A DNA stretch of 64,000 bases, from the NCBI GenBank assembly GCA_003707115.1, contig PPNB01000007.1, forward strand, positions 1 through 64,000. The letters run 5' to 3'. Under the pieces are notes generated by a model. The model was not told the DNA's origin, did not search any database, and was given only the letters and a program-made list of their open reading frames with translations. This stretch comes from Tortispora ganteri (lineage: Eukaryota). A program made the position numbers and the translations under genes. The stretch's first letter is position 1. Every line of letters starts with the position of its first letter. Shown here one piece after another: positions 10,035 through 21,144 of this stretch.

Positions 10035-11187
10035 ATGCTTCGATCAGCGATCACGCGGTCTAAATTCAGGGTATGTACGATAATTAATTTATTTATTTAA
10101 GACAACTGTACTAACAGTTGCATTTCAGCCTGCGGTACCTTTGGCACGACACCTGGTGGCGCAACCTGCACTGATACAAGCGCGGTTCAATTCGACTTCG
10201 ATTGCTCCTACGACTGCTCCTACGACTCCGGAAATCCCTGTGAACGAAATAATAGAGGCCGCGAACGCTTCATCCGATCATATCGGGTATCTGCAGAGTG
10301 TAGGACTAGCAAACTCGTGGTGGTGGCCGCCAGATGTGATGCAGCACCTGCTGGAAATGATCCATGTGTACGGTCACTTGCCCTGGTGGGCGACGATCGT
10401 TTCTGCAGCAGTTGGTGTACGCCTATTGACGCTGCCACTGACGATTCGCGCGCAGAACAACACAGCAAAACTAAACAAAGTCAAACCGCAACAAGATAAG
10501 CTAGCGGCGCTAGCTTTCGCGGAGCAGGACCCCCAGAAAGCGCTCCAATACCAGATGGAGCAGTCGCGATTGCTCAAGGAGTCTGGGTTTAAAATGTCGG
10601 CCAGTCTCGGGCCAATGATGTCAGCGCCCATTGGTATTGGCATGTTTTTTGCCCTCAGGAAGATGTCCGCTGTGCCTGTAGCAGGCTTTGAAGACCAAGG
10701 TACGCTCTGGTTCAAATGCCTCTACGAGCCCGACCCATTCCTTGGCATGCAGTTGTTGTCTACAGGGGCACTGCTGCTCGGTTTCAAACTTGGCGGCGAG
10801 ACGGGCATGCAGAACATGTCTGGTACCATGAAGAAAATGATGTACGGTTTGCCTATTGTGTCTATATTTGTCATGATGAATTTTGACGCTGCTACGGTCC
10901 TCTACATCAGCACCACCTCCCTAATGTCGATGATTACCTCCGCGATGTTACGCAATGCCACTGTGCGTAAACTACTACGCATGGAACCTATGGTCAAGCT
11001 ACCACCACCGGACCCCAACTTTAAAGCCCCTAGTATGGCCGAACGTATGAAAAAGTCTATGGCCGACGCCGAAAAACTCAGCCGCATCGCAAAAGAACTC
11101 AAAGAGAGTCCTGAAAACCAAAAGCGTGCAACGCAGACCCACGCCTCCGCGGTAGAGGCTGTATATAGAAGACCGCCACAAAAGTAA
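10035..11187 (+). CDS. OXA1: Mitochondrial inner-membrane insertase Oxa1; exons 10035-10070 and 10129-11187
   Basis: Exon 1 MLRSAITRSKFR, 58-nt intron GTATGT..TACTAAC..CAG, in-frame join; HIGYLQSVGLA, LPWWATI, LGGETG. Confidence 0.92.
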
Positions 11188-11245
11188 ACAACCTCCTTCA
11201 ACTGTCGCCAATTTCTTTGTTTACCGTTTATATATATATATATTA

Positions 11246-11623
11246 TTACTGAATTGAAGCCATAAGTGCCATCCTTTCATTAGATTCTTCCGCGGTACTC
11301 TGTTCGCTGCGTAAACTGACATTTGATATCATTTGCCGTCGTGGCCGCGCGCCAAGTAAGCCAAGCATGAATCCTACTTCATGTGCAAATATTTCACCAA
11401 ATCCAAGCATTATTCCATTCACAAATGGAAGAATTAGGTTCACTGCAAATGATTTAGCTAGTCTTAGTGTAAGTTCTCGGCCTGAAAGTCCAAAAACTGA
11501 TCGCCCCAAGGCTAATGATGATTCACAATCGCTCTCAGAGTCTGACCCGTGTTCAGAATTGGCATGAATAGGTAGAACACCAACTTCAATCACTTCATCA
11601 ACTACACCTGGATCAATCGCCAT
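11246..11623 (-). CDS. MIM1: Mitochondrial outer-membrane import protein Mim1/Tom13
   Basis: Signature NLILPFVNGIMLGFGEIFAHE. Confidence 0.92.
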   Translation of the reverse strand: MAIDPGVVDEVIEVGVLPIHANSEHGSDSESDCESSLALGRSVFGLSGRELTLRLAKSFAVNLILPFVNGIMLGFGEIFAHEVGFMLGLLGARPRRQMISNVSLRSEQSTAEESNERMALMASIQ

Positions 11624-11691
11624 CTTTGCTAGAAGTATTACTATAACGATCCGCGAACAAAGGTAATAAATAGTATTGGTTGCTATGTGTA

Positions 11692-11701
11692 ATCACGTGA
11701 T
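11692..11701. promoter_or_regulatory. Cbf1-type E-box (ATCACGTGAT) upstream of MIM1
   Basis: RTCACGTG consensus about 70 bp upstream of the ATG. Confidence 0.55.
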
Positions 11702-12028
11702 TTCTTTGAACGTAACAAAAGAGCTGGTATTACAGGGTGTATTCTGCCTATTGGACGTTATTATATTTTATTTATGATGATATTATTTATTATTTGTAAT
11801 GATTAACGGACTATTCTATACAGCGAAGGTTCTCTGTGTTGTGATATGATACCGCATTATAGTGAAATGCATTACCGCTAAGAATGTTTGTAGTAGTATT
11901 TAAGACAATAAAACATCGCGATAGTATGAGTAGTAAATTTTTTCAAGCCATATTATTAATAAACATCGTTGCTCAAAGATACCCGTGCTGTCAGGCTAGA
12001 TCTTTTGTATAGTGCCTCTAGGCACTGT

Positions 12029-13027
12029 TTACAACTTATTCGTTGTGAACTTCAGCAAATCTGCTACTTTGTCTGCAGCACCCCAAGACATTTCAAACCC
12101 GCTACCTGCAAACCCATAGCAATGTATCAGTGTACCTTTTGGAGTTACTTCGGCTTCCACACGAGGTCCACCTTCTCGAGCAAGCCTTAATCCTATATTA
12201 TGTCGTATGATCTCCGGTTCGGGGCCTGTATACTCGATAAAATACTTACGAGCTGTTTCTAGTAACCATTTTGTCTCATTGTCGTCCATTTCAATGCTGT
12301 GATTGTGTGGATTCTTGGTACCACCAAGGATCATCGTGCCGTTCTGACGCGGGATAATAAAGGCCCAGAGACCGTCTTTCAGTTGGTACGTGATAGTCTG
12401 CATGGGCGTCTTCTGCGGATTCAAAAGCAGAGTATGGCCTCTAATTGGAAACCATTTCTCATCCAACCGACCGTCGAGCAATCCGTTACCTGTGCAGTTT
12501 ATCACGATGTCACCGTAATGATAGGCATCGAAAATGCTCTTGAGCGTGCTTCGAATCAGTCGTACTCCGGGGATTTTGTCGACAAGGTAATTCAAATATA
12601 CTCCAGGCGTTAAACAATATGTGTCATAGGCGGTTCCGATCACCACCGATGGCGGTAAATCAGATTTGTTGATGTGACGAAAGTTAGGCAGTCGACTGTA
12701 GAATCCTCGGGGGTTGCGGTAGTTCGGGTCATCGTTTTCAAGGTACTCAACTCCTTCTACTTTGATTACAGATGATCCAGGAACCATAGTGAGTCTTTGG
12801 AACTCTTTATAGGATTTTTCAATGAACTTCTGGAACTCCTCCTCTTTATCGGTATCTACGGGTGTCGGACGAACATGAGCACCTGCCCACTGCGAAGTGA
12901 ACTGAGGTCTAAGCTCATCTGCAGGCAAATCCCGCGACAAAATAATAATTTCGTATCCCAAATGGCAGAGTTTGAATGCAACAGTCAGTCCAATAACTCC
13001 TGCACCTACAATGACTATTCTGGTCAT
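12029..13027 (-). CDS. D-amino-acid (or D-aspartate) oxidase, probably peroxisomal
   Basis: IVGAGVIG FAD motif, TSQWAGAH, IHCYGFAGSGFEMSWG, PTS1-like C-terminus NKL. Confidence 0.88.
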   Translation of the reverse strand: MTRIVIVGAGVIGLTVAFKLCHLGYEIIILSRDLPADELRPQFTSQWAGAHVRPTPVDTDKEEEFQKFIEKSYKEFQRLTMVPGSSVIKVEGVEYLENDDPNYRNPRGFYSRLPNFRHINKSDLPPSVVIGTAYDTYCLTPGVYLNYLVDKIPGVRLIRSTLKSIFDAYHYGDIVINCTGNGLLDGRLDEKWFPIRGHTLLLNPQKTPMQTITYQLKDGLWAFIIPRQNGTMILGGTKNPHNHSIEMDDNETKWLLETARKYFIEYTGPEPEIIRHNIGLRLAREGGPRVEAEVTPKGTLIHCYGFAGSGFEMSWGAADKVADLLKFTTNKL

Positions 13028-13174
13028 GTCGAAGGTGTTGAGTTAGTATTGGGAAGAGTGACAACAGCTGGGTTTCATAGGTTTGCCAGGATGAACAAAC
13101 AATTATGGAAATGCCTGATTTTTCAATTGATAACACATGGAAAATTAACTGTTATTCAATTTTAAATAATAACC

Positions 13175-14101
13175 TTATTCTGAATCTGAATCGTAAAACA
13201 CCAGCTTGTTTTGGACCGGTGAACCGATCGTAGAAATTTTCAATTGTTTGTCGATCTTATCGGTTTTTGGTGCTAAATTGTTGATCCCTTCGAGCGCCTT
13301 CAAATTGGCTGTGTCCAATATACCGTGATTTTGTGTTTTATTAATTTCGTTATCTTCGTTAATTTTCGTTGGTTTGTCATCAAGCTTCATCTTCTTCAGT
13401 GGAACTCCCTCATTTAACAGCCGTTTCACCACCTTGACTGCTTCCTTCTCAGCAGCCTCTTGTTCACGTCGTAATGACGCAGGATCTGTGCTCAAAGTAG
13501 ACCATCTAACATTAAGAATTTCATTATTGTCAAGCGATTGATGCGCCATTGCTTCTTTGGCAAATTGCGCATTACTTTCATTTTCATACGTCACAAATGC
13601 GACGCCTCTGCCTGCAAGTACTTCTACTTTCTCGATCTTGCCCCATTCAGAAAAATGTTTCTTCACAATCTCGGCAACATTCTCTCGAGCTTGGATTCGT
13701 CCCACATATAATGTCCGATTCTTGCGCAGAAAAGTCCCTACGCCTCCCATATCATCTCTATACCCTGAATGCTTCTCCCTGCCAAAACAATCTATACTGG
13801 GTACAAACACATCGAGATCCGTAGGCAACCTATGTAAATACTCACAATTCTTGCCTTTACCACATAACCCACGTGCAAAATATAAACAAAAATATGATCC
13901 AGGTATTCGATCAGCCCGTGTCGTACCAGAGTCCCGCGCAATGTTACATCGCCCTTCAGCTTTTGTTTGTTCATGAATGTCATCTTCAACATCGCCACCA
14001 CTCCAATTTCTATGCCAGATATTAAATGTTGCTCCTGAACGTTCGGGCTTTTTATCGTAATCTATCTCTTTAACCTGTTTACGTGCAGGCCGGTCTGCCA
14101 T
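13175..14101 (-). CDS. CWC2: Pre-mRNA splicing factor Cwc2
   Basis: FNIWHRNWSGG, CCCH finger FCLYFARGLCGKGKNCEYLH, RRM, AQFAKEAMAHQSL. Confidence 0.95.
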   Translation of the reverse strand: MADRPARKQVKEIDYDKKPERSGATFNIWHRNWSGGDVEDDIHEQTKAEGRCNIARDSGTTRADRIPGSYFCLYFARGLCGKGKNCEYLHRLPTDLDVFVPSIDCFGREKHSGYRDDMGGVGTFLRKNRTLYVGRIQARENVAEIVKKHFSEWGKIEKVEVLAGRGVAFVTYENESNAQFAKEAMAHQSLDNNEILNVRWSTLSTDPASLRREQEAAEKEAVKVVKRLLNEGVPLKKMKLDDKPTKINEDNEINKTQNHGILDTANLKALEGINNLAPKTDKIDKQLKISTIGSPVQNKLVFYDSDSE

Positions 14102-14150
14102 ATTTTGGGAGAAGTATATGTCAAAGTTGGAGTTAAGTTTGTCACTGATC

Positions 14151-17100
14151 TCATCGGCGTAGGTCGTAACTTATCACTCTTTCGTTCCTGTAAGAATACA
14201 AAAAAACAACTTTGGTTCCTTTTTCCGCTTCTTGTACCAAAATATCGCGAAGATTTTGTGCAGCTTGTTTTTGGCCCGCAGGAATCTGAGTAAGCAACTG
14301 TTTCCATGAATCACTATCCATCCCTGTGCCAGCTACCATGTTAAATACTTCGTCTTTCATGTCAACAGCAATAGTCGGTGCTATTTCTAAGTCGCTTCTG
14401 AATCGATTAATAGCATCCGCACCACGTTCGGCAATAATCCGTTTTTGCACACTCCGGTTTTGGTTCTTCCACTTCCCTGGAAGGTTTCTGTCGTACCTGC
14501 TCATAACCACTGTCACATCGCCACTGCCCATTTGATGGTCAGACGATATAGACGTACCACTAGTGCTTGCTAGCGTCCCTGATCTGTAGTTCTGACTTGT
14601 ACCTAACACATTAGGAGTCTCATAGACGCTCTTATTCCGTTCTGTGATCTCGCTTACAAGGTGCGCGACAAGCTCGCTGAAACTCAATTCGACGTCGACT
14701 TTCCGCGCCATGTTCCGTACTTTTAGCGTTTTCACATTCGTTGTGTCCAAATCAACATGACCTTGCTTTAAAATAACTACCCAGTTTGCACCATTCGTTC
14801 TGGCCTCATTCATGGCATCTTCAGTAGAATACGACTGCCCTCCGAGCTCGGCGCGAATATTGTTCTCCCACAATTTATTCAGAACAGTAATACATCCACT
14901 CCTTCTGTTGCTGTCATACGCGCTCCAAACCAGAACATCGGATCTCGCTAAAAACCACATATCAAACGAATAGTATGTATCTTTCTTATGGCTCTTGATA
15001 GCGTGCCGCTTGTACTCACACATAGCCTGGAATAACGACTCCCAGGCTAAATTAAATCCTACAGCACGTGTATATTTAGAAGATTCGGGTGTGCTGTCTA
15101 AAGCATCGGTCGCTTTCTTCCTGCTGAAGTATTTCACTAGCTCGTCATACCGTCCACCCGCGCCTAGCACATTGGCTCCAGCGTGATCTTTTTCCAGCAC
15201 AATTTGGAACATTATCCCATGTTGATAAAACTCTGAATTATAGTTACTCAGAGGAACAAGTAGTACTTGATGGCGCAAATGCATTCTAGATAAATTAGCC
15301 ATAACGAGCCTGATATGCGCTATTGGTTCCGCTAATGAGACAGCCGCTGCAGTTCCATCCATAATCTTTTGAAGCTTGCGAATTCCTGCTTCGACGTCTG
15401 CACAAAAATTAAACTGTTCAATGTCATTTGCAGCGGCAGAAGATATATTCGATTTAGAACGAAGAATAGATATAAACTCAGCAAAGGACGTTCCATGCCG
15501 AAACTTGCTCAATAAACTTCTTACCTTACTATGTTGCGCTGCAGGTACGCGACAGAATTCTAGCAGGCTTCTCAAAATGTCAAAATGATTGATATATATC
15601 TTCACCATAGGAGGATCAAAACATGGAAACACAGCCAAAATGCTATCTAGCAGTTTTATGGCTTCTGCATCGTGCAGTGACAAGTCTAGCTTATTACAAG
15701 ACACAATGTCAACATCCAATTCCGCAAACCTCTGATATCCCGATACGGCATAGTCATGATTAGCTCGGTACACATAGTTCCATGCAAAGCTTCTGAAAGT
15801 ACCGTGATTTACGTTGGCGATTTCTCTAGCATGTGGCAGCGTAAGGTCGTAAGGAAGCTGGAGTATGTTTCCTTTAGTGTCAATAAGATCGAAGACATTC
15901 GGCACAGTGTACTTCTGTGATTTTGGAAAAATTAAGGGTCGTGTCCTGCACTCAAATGCACCATGTACTTTGCACACTTCAGATACTCGTTCAAGCATAA
16001 CGTTCTGTAAGAGTTCTTCATTCATAGTCAAGGAAGGCAGTTCTTTGTCGTATAAAATATCGGAAACGTAGTCATACGGTTTCGAAAACAAACTCTCCAA
16101 TATTCTTCCATGCCACTCAGAACTTGAATCAGACATTTCACGCAAAGCCTGTTTAATAATGTCGTCTTCAATACGTACCGGAAGGAAACTAGATGTCAAA
16201 AGCTCCGCGGCATTGGGCCTTCGAGAAGGGTCATGATCTAGCAAAGAGCGTATAATGGAAGTCTCTGCCTGGTGCTTCCCATTAGATATGAATTCGTAGG
16301 GAAATGCAATAGAAGGAGATCTGAGTCGTCGCAAAACAGATACACGTTCCATTACCGTACGCAAAGGACAGCACATCTCAAAAAAGATTATACCCAGAGA
16401 ATACATGTCGACTTTGTCAGAAACTTTTGCATTCACTTTCGAAGAGCTCATTTCTGGCGCCGCATACAGCGCAGTGCCAATTTCCGTGGTTATATCTTCA
16501 ACGTCACCGCCTGCCGAGCCCATAGCTGGTTGTTCTGAGTGTATATTTTTTGCCAAACCAAAATCACCGATCTTGCAATTACCGTCTCTATCAATAAAGA
16601 TATTCGATGGCTTTAGATCTCTATGAATAATTCCCATACCATGAATATGTTTCAATCCTTCAATAAGTTGGCGGAACATAAGCCAGTAATCATCGGGACG
16701 GCTAGCCAGTCCTTGCCTAATTAAATCACTTAACGTCAGATTCTCACAGTAGTCCATCTGTATAAAAAGAGTGTACGCGGTATATGTGTTTGTTGCAGTG
16801 ACCGTGTGAGATACACTCGCAGATTCCTGAGAAACTGGCGTATCGGCAGCCCCCGTTGAACCGGTGGTGCTGTTCTCGAACACTATTTGTGAATGGCTGC
16901 GAGACCCGGATATAAAATCATATGGGTCTGTTAAATTCAGTGAATTGATTGAATGTAGCACGCTATCTTCATCGGGTATACTAACAGACGGCGCAGTATT
17001 GTTCGAGTCTGTAGCTGTAGTCTCCATAGTAGTCTCTGCTTGAGTAGAAGAATCTCCAATTTGACCTGCATCTGAGTCTTCAGTCCAAGAGTCTGTTTCT

Positions 17101-18989
17101 AGCCATGCAGTATAGTATCGAACAACATACTGGTGGTTAAGCCGAGATAAAAGCAAGACTTCGGTAAGAATAGTAGATATATCCTTCTTGGTATGTCTGA
17201 TTTTTTTGATAGCATAAAATCTACCATCTAATCGGTTCCTTGCCTTGACGACTTCACCGTAGGCGCCCTTTCCTAGAGATTCAATTTCTTCAAAATCGGT
17301 AGCATATCTAGAAAAGTTTGAAGTGTTCATGCGCGACGATCTGCTATCTAAGTGTCCGTATGAATTATTATTGTGATGATGTCCAGAATGGTGGAGTTTG
17401 GTAAATGATCCAGACACTGATCGTCCACGAGATTTTGGTTTTGTCATAATAAGGGAATCGTCGTCGGCAATATCATTTCTGAGAAATGGCAGCGGTAGCA
17501 GTTCAAAGGCAGTTGGGCGCTTCTTCGGTTCTGGTTTGAATATTTTCCGCAAAAACTCGAGAAGTGTTGGTGGCATTGAAGCTTCTCTTAAGAATTGATT
17601 AGGAGTTTCGTACTCTTCAACAATATTGAGTCCCCAAATTGCTTGTACTATAGTACGCCCGAGAGTCCACATATCTGATTTCCGCGTGCGTCTGTAAGAC
17701 TCGCTAAACTCTGGAGGGGACCATAGATCCTGAATAGAAACGTTTAAGGTTTGGTTATTAAAAGGATGCATACCGTTTAATTCACGAATAGTTGCGGCGT
17801 AACCAACATTGCACAGTTTAGCAATAGTAGACTTCCTGTCTGGTTCTCTGAAGATAATGATAGAGTCTGGGGTTATATCTTTATGAATAAAGCCTTTTTT
17901 ATGCAAATCTTCGAGAGCACCCAGAATATCTATTATCCACTTTCGAACTATAGAAATATTGACGGTATGTACTAATTCAAGTATATCCCTGAGCTTCCCT
18001 TCGAAAGAGTATTCAGACAATATAGTGAGTTCCCAGCTTGTACCAAAACTAGCAATACGACTTGCATAAACAGGGACAATATTTGAGTTTCTTAAAGCTT
18101 TCAATGCTACCAGTTCGCTTTCGAGTACTTCTAGTTCCTTTTTGCCGTCATTAGAGAACCAGTAAGGGTCAGTGAACAGGAATTGCTGAAGAAGGAATAT
18201 CGGCAGACCAGCGGTAGTTGGTTCAGAATTTAATGTTGGTTTCACCAGGTAATTTTGACCAAGACCATGCGATGCTAATTTAACAAGGCTTCTAACTTCT
18301 TTGAACTCGATAGTGCCCGTAGATGTAGATACCGAAATAGGGTCGTCAAACGCAAACAGTTTTGATAATGCTGGTTGCGATTCGTCCGATACTGGAAAAG
18401 CCAAACGTCGATGATTTTTATTATGAATATCTTCTTCTTGTACCAAATCACGTCGTTTTAATTCTTGTTCAAGTCTAATTTGAAGTTCTCTCTCTTTCTC
18501 TACCATAGCTTGATGTTCAGCTTGTTCTTGGATCTGTGTTTTGCGAGATTCTTGATCTTTAAGTTTCTGCAGATTATTTAGTCGTTCTTGTTCCAAGGAT
18601 GTAGTCTTCAATTGACCAATGTATTCTTCAAGTTTCTCTTGGATATTGGATGCTATGTCATAAATCATTTCTTGGCCTTTGAGATCCTGGCATCGCTGTT
18701 TGATGAATTCCCTAATCTCACTCAATTGACTTTGCATGATATTACGAGGCTCACTTATAGCAATTTGAGGTATTGATTTCGGGTATGTTGGATTAAATCG
18801 TACATTAAGAATCAATTGTAAAAATTTATCGTTATCAGTGTCCGATCGTGCTGCAAGACGTATAGAAAAGACAGGATCAGGGGCCTGGTTCCAAGCGCCT
18901 CCATCAGGAGTCAAATCGCGAAAGTCATCCATATATATGGCTTTCAGAACTTCAACCTCATTTTGTTGAATATCTCGATACTTCAACAT
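14151..18989 (-). CDS. GCN2: eIF2-alpha kinase Gcn2
   Basis: RWD domain, pseudokinase, kinase SRYATDFEE..LGKGAYGEV..HRDLKPSN..DFG, HisRS-like region (GGRYDEL). Confidence 0.96.
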   Translation of the reverse strand: MLKYRDIQQNEVEVLKAIYMDDFRDLTPDGGAWNQAPDPVFSIRLAARSDTDNDKFLQLILNVRFNPTYPKSIPQIAISEPRNIMQSQLSEIREFIKQRCQDLKGQEMIYDIASNIQEKLEEYIGQLKTTSLEQERLNNLQKLKDQESRKTQIQEQAEHQAMVEKERELQIRLEQELKRRDLVQEEDIHNKNHRRLAFPVSDESQPALSKLFAFDDPISVSTSTGTIEFKEVRSLVKLASHGLGQNYLVKPTLNSEPTTAGLPIFLLQQFLFTDPYWFSNDGKKELEVLESELVALKALRNSNIVPVYASRIASFGTSWELTILSEYSFEGKLRDILELVHTVNISIVRKWIIDILGALEDLHKKGFIHKDITPDSIIIFREPDRKSTIAKLCNVGYAATIRELNGMHPFNNQTLNVSIQDLWSPPEFSESYRRTRKSDMWTLGRTIVQAIWGLNIVEEYETPNQFLREASMPPTLLEFLRKIFKPEPKKRPTAFELLPLPFLRNDIADDDSLIMTKPKSRGRSVSGSFTKLHHSGHHHNNNSYGHLDSRSSRMNTSNFSRYATDFEEIESLGKGAYGEVVKARNRLDGRFYAIKKIRHTKKDISTILTEVLLLSRLNHQYVVRYYTAWLETDSWTEDSDAGQIGDSSTQAETTMETTATDSNNTAPSVSIPDEDSVLHSINSLNLTDPYDFISGSRSHSQIVFENSTTGSTGAADTPVSQESASVSHTVTATNTYTAYTLFIQMDYCENLTLSDLIRQGLASRPDDYWLMFRQLIEGLKHIHGMGIIHRDLKPSNIFIDRDGNCKIGDFGLAKNIHSEQPAMGSAGGDVEDITTEIGTALYAAPEMSSSKVNAKVSDKVDMYSLGIIFFEMCCPLRTVMERVSVLRRLRSPSIAFPYEFISNGKHQAETSIIRSLLDHDPSRRPNAAELLTSSFLPVRIEDDIIKQALREMSDSSSEWHGRILESLFSKPYDYVSDILYDKELPSLTMNEELLQNVMLERVSEVCKVHGAFECRTRPLIFPKSQKYTVPNVFDLIDTKGNILQLPYDLTLPHAREIANVNHGTFRSFAWNYVYRANHDYAVSGYQRFAELDVDIVSCNKLDLSLHDAEAIKLLDSILAVFPCFDPPMVKIYINHFDILRSLLEFCRVPAAQHSKVRSLLSKFRHGTSFAEFISILRSKSNISSAAANDIEQFNFCADVEAGIRKLQKIMDGTAAAVSLAEPIAHIRLVMANLSRMHLRHQVLLVPLSNYNSEFYQHGIMFQIVLEKDHAGANVLGAGGRYDELVKYFSRKKATDALDSTPESSKYTRAVGFNLAWESLFQAMCEYKRHAIKSHKKDTYYSFDMWFLARSDVLVWSAYDSNRRSGCITVLNKLWENNIRAELGGQSYSTEDAMNEARTNGANWVVILKQGHVDLDTTNVKTLKVRNMARKVDVELSFSELVAHLVSEITERNKSVYETPNVLGTSQNYRSGTLASTSGTSISSDHQMGSGDVTVVMSRYDRNLPGKWKNQNRSVQKRIIAERGADAINRFRSDLEIAPTIAVDMKDEVFNMVAGTGMDSDSWKQLLTQIPAGQKQAAQNLRDILVQEAEKGTKVVFLYSYRNERVISYDLRR

Positions 18990-19220
18990 CTCATTTGTAC
19001 TAACAAAATCATATACTAATTAAGAGATCAATTAATAATACTGATTCTAAATGTCGAGCCTTGAAGTAGAGTAAATGTAAGGTTTAGTTCAAATATGTTG
19101 CTATAACAACCATGTTTACAATATATACACTTTAAGTAATTCCCAAGTGCGTAGAACCATACTTTACAACAACAACACCAAGATCACATAACATCTATTT
19201 ACAATTATTTTTGCTCTGCA

Positions 19221-21071
19221 ATGTTCAAGAAATACTCCAAATCCGATAAACAAGATAAAAGTGCTGCCAAATGGGCAATTGGATCTATACCCTCTGTAAT
19301 GTTCGGCACACCTTATCCTAAAGGGTCGCGAACAGGTGCAGATTTGTCCGCTATACCTATTGCACGTCCTTCGCTGGACCATTCAGTTCTAGATGCTAAT
19401 GAACCTCGTCCAATAATCAAAAGTGCATTAAAGTATGATTCTTCAAACAGCTCTCCATCTAAATCTGTTAGATTTGAGCGTCTAACACTCGATAATGATA
19501 CCGCTGTTCAAAGCAATATCACCGACAATATCCCTTCGTTAGTAAGGTCTGGTCTACCCGATAATTTCCCTGGTAAACTTCCAAGCCCTGTCCGCGCTCA
19601 ATCGAGCCAAAACACATTGAGACCCGCTGAAGCGAAACAAATGGTTTCAAAGCTAGAAGAGGAAGGCGCATTTAACTCCGACAGTCCACTGTCCAAGCAT
19701 TCCTATATGCGACATTCAATTATGCCCACCTCTAAGGGTACAATAATGGAAGATGCAACTCCGGCTAGTTATAGTGATCCTTACTTCGAAGATTCGTCGC
19801 CCTATGAAGAGCTGCAGCAACAGCAAGAGATTAGTAATGATTGGAAGTCCAAGTTCAACGACGCCGACAGACACCGATATGAGGCGCAAGAGAAGCTAAG
19901 AGAGCTCGAGCAAGCATACAATGAAGTTGTGAACATTGCCAACGAAGAGAGGTCACGTTCAGATATGTTGCAAGCTAAATTCGATGAATCTATGAACAAG
20001 CTTGACTCTCAAACTGACATTATAGAATCTCTGAAATCTAGTCTGGCGCAGCTAAGTCACCAAGTGGAAGTTCTTAATATTCATAATGAATCACAAGCCT
20101 CAAAGGAGTCCGAATCCCCGTCTGCATCTGCATCAATTATATCGGAGCTCAAGAACTGTCATGAAATTATTCGTACACAAGATGCCAAACTTGCTGAAAA
20201 AGAGGAGCTTATCCGGCAGCTAGAAACTCAGAAATCTACAGCCAAGATCAAGCCTACTGACATTGAAGAGGATGCGCTTGTAGATATGCTTATTAAATCA
20301 GCGCATCCAACTATTCTGAAGATGAAAGAGGAAGTCAAGATTGCACGTAAAGCTGTACGACAAGCCAAGGCACAGTCTAACGAATTGAGAGATGCAAAGC
20401 GAGAACTCCTTGAGGCGAAGGAGCAAGCAGAAAAGCAGCAATTGGAGATTGTCCAGCTAAAGAGCAAATTCGCTAAAGAAAAGAAAGAAACTAGCGAGCT
20501 TATTGAGGGGTATGAGCGGACCGAAAAGCTGCTTAATTTGCAGCTGAGTGAAGCTAGACGAAATATTGCTGATTTAGAGTTAAGATGTTCTGAGTCTCAG
20601 CGAGCTGCAAGCACTAAGGCGACAACACAATTGAAACTGGAAGTGGAGAGATTGAGATCAGAATGTGAAAAGAAATCGAGAGACAATTTAGAACTACAAG
20701 AACTGAATAATAGTCTTGAGAGTCGGTGCCGGATCAAGGAGAATCAAATAGCTGATCTTGAAGTTGATTTGAGTCGGATGCAAACGACATGTAGCAATTC
20801 GCGCAAAGAAGTTGAACTACTTGAACGGCAGTTAAGCAAAATGAATAAAGTGGAAGAAAGTGAGAATTTAATGCGAAAATCAGGAATACGCATTAAAGCT
20901 CGCGAGACGTCTATGCATAACCATTATAGTCATGGGTTTGGACGTGGCGGTATACCATTTGCAGAGAAACCTGCTTTGAGTGCGAACCGACATCGACCGG
21001 TATCTAAAGAGTCAGAGATTAGTGTTGGATCGATGGAGGACAAAGAGAATAATTTCATGATTGCGTCATGA
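19221..21071 (+). CDS. Coiled-coil protein, probable spindle-pole-body component (Cut12/Bbp1-like)
   Basis: WAIG..MFGTP, KSVRF and LPDNFPGKLPSP motifs followed by a long heptad region. Confidence 0.6.
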   Translation: MFKKYSKSDKQDKSAAKWAIGSIPSVMFGTPYPKGSRTGADLSAIPIARPSLDHSVLDANEPRPIIKSALKYDSSNSSPSKSVRFERLTLDNDTAVQSNITDNIPSLVRSGLPDNFPGKLPSPVRAQSSQNTLRPAEAKQMVSKLEEEGAFNSDSPLSKHSYMRHSIMPTSKGTIMEDATPASYSDPYFEDSSPYEELQQQQEISNDWKSKFNDADRHRYEAQEKLRELEQAYNEVVNIANEERSRSDMLQAKFDESMNKLDSQTDIIESLKSSLAQLSHQVEVLNIHNESQASKESESPSASASIISELKNCHEIIRTQDAKLAEKEELIRQLETQKSTAKIKPTDIEEDALVDMLIKSAHPTILKMKEEVKIARKAVRQAKAQSNELRDAKRELLEAKEQAEKQQLEIVQLKSKFAKEKKETSELIEGYERTEKLLNLQLSEARRNIADLELRCSESQRAASTKATTQLKLEVERLRSECEKKSRDNLELQELNNSLESRCRIKENQIADLEVDLSRMQTTCSNSRKEVELLERQLSKMNKVEESENLMRKSGIRIKARETSMHNHYSHGFGRGGIPFAEKPALSANRHRPVSKESEISVGSMEDKENNFMIAS

Positions 21072-21144
21072 GCTAATATTAAATATTGCTTGTTATTATT
21101 ATGAACGTAGCAGCGTAATATCGAATGTTCTTAAATGTAGTAGA

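Noticed and set aside
11773..11860. ATGATGA box C-like motif suggesting a C/D snoRNA
   Set aside because: No CTGA box D at a suitable distance and no terminal stem.
13028..13060. TACTAAC just upstream of the D-amino-acid oxidase ATG
   Set aside because: No AG before the ATG, no consensus donor in the gap, and the N-terminus is already complete.
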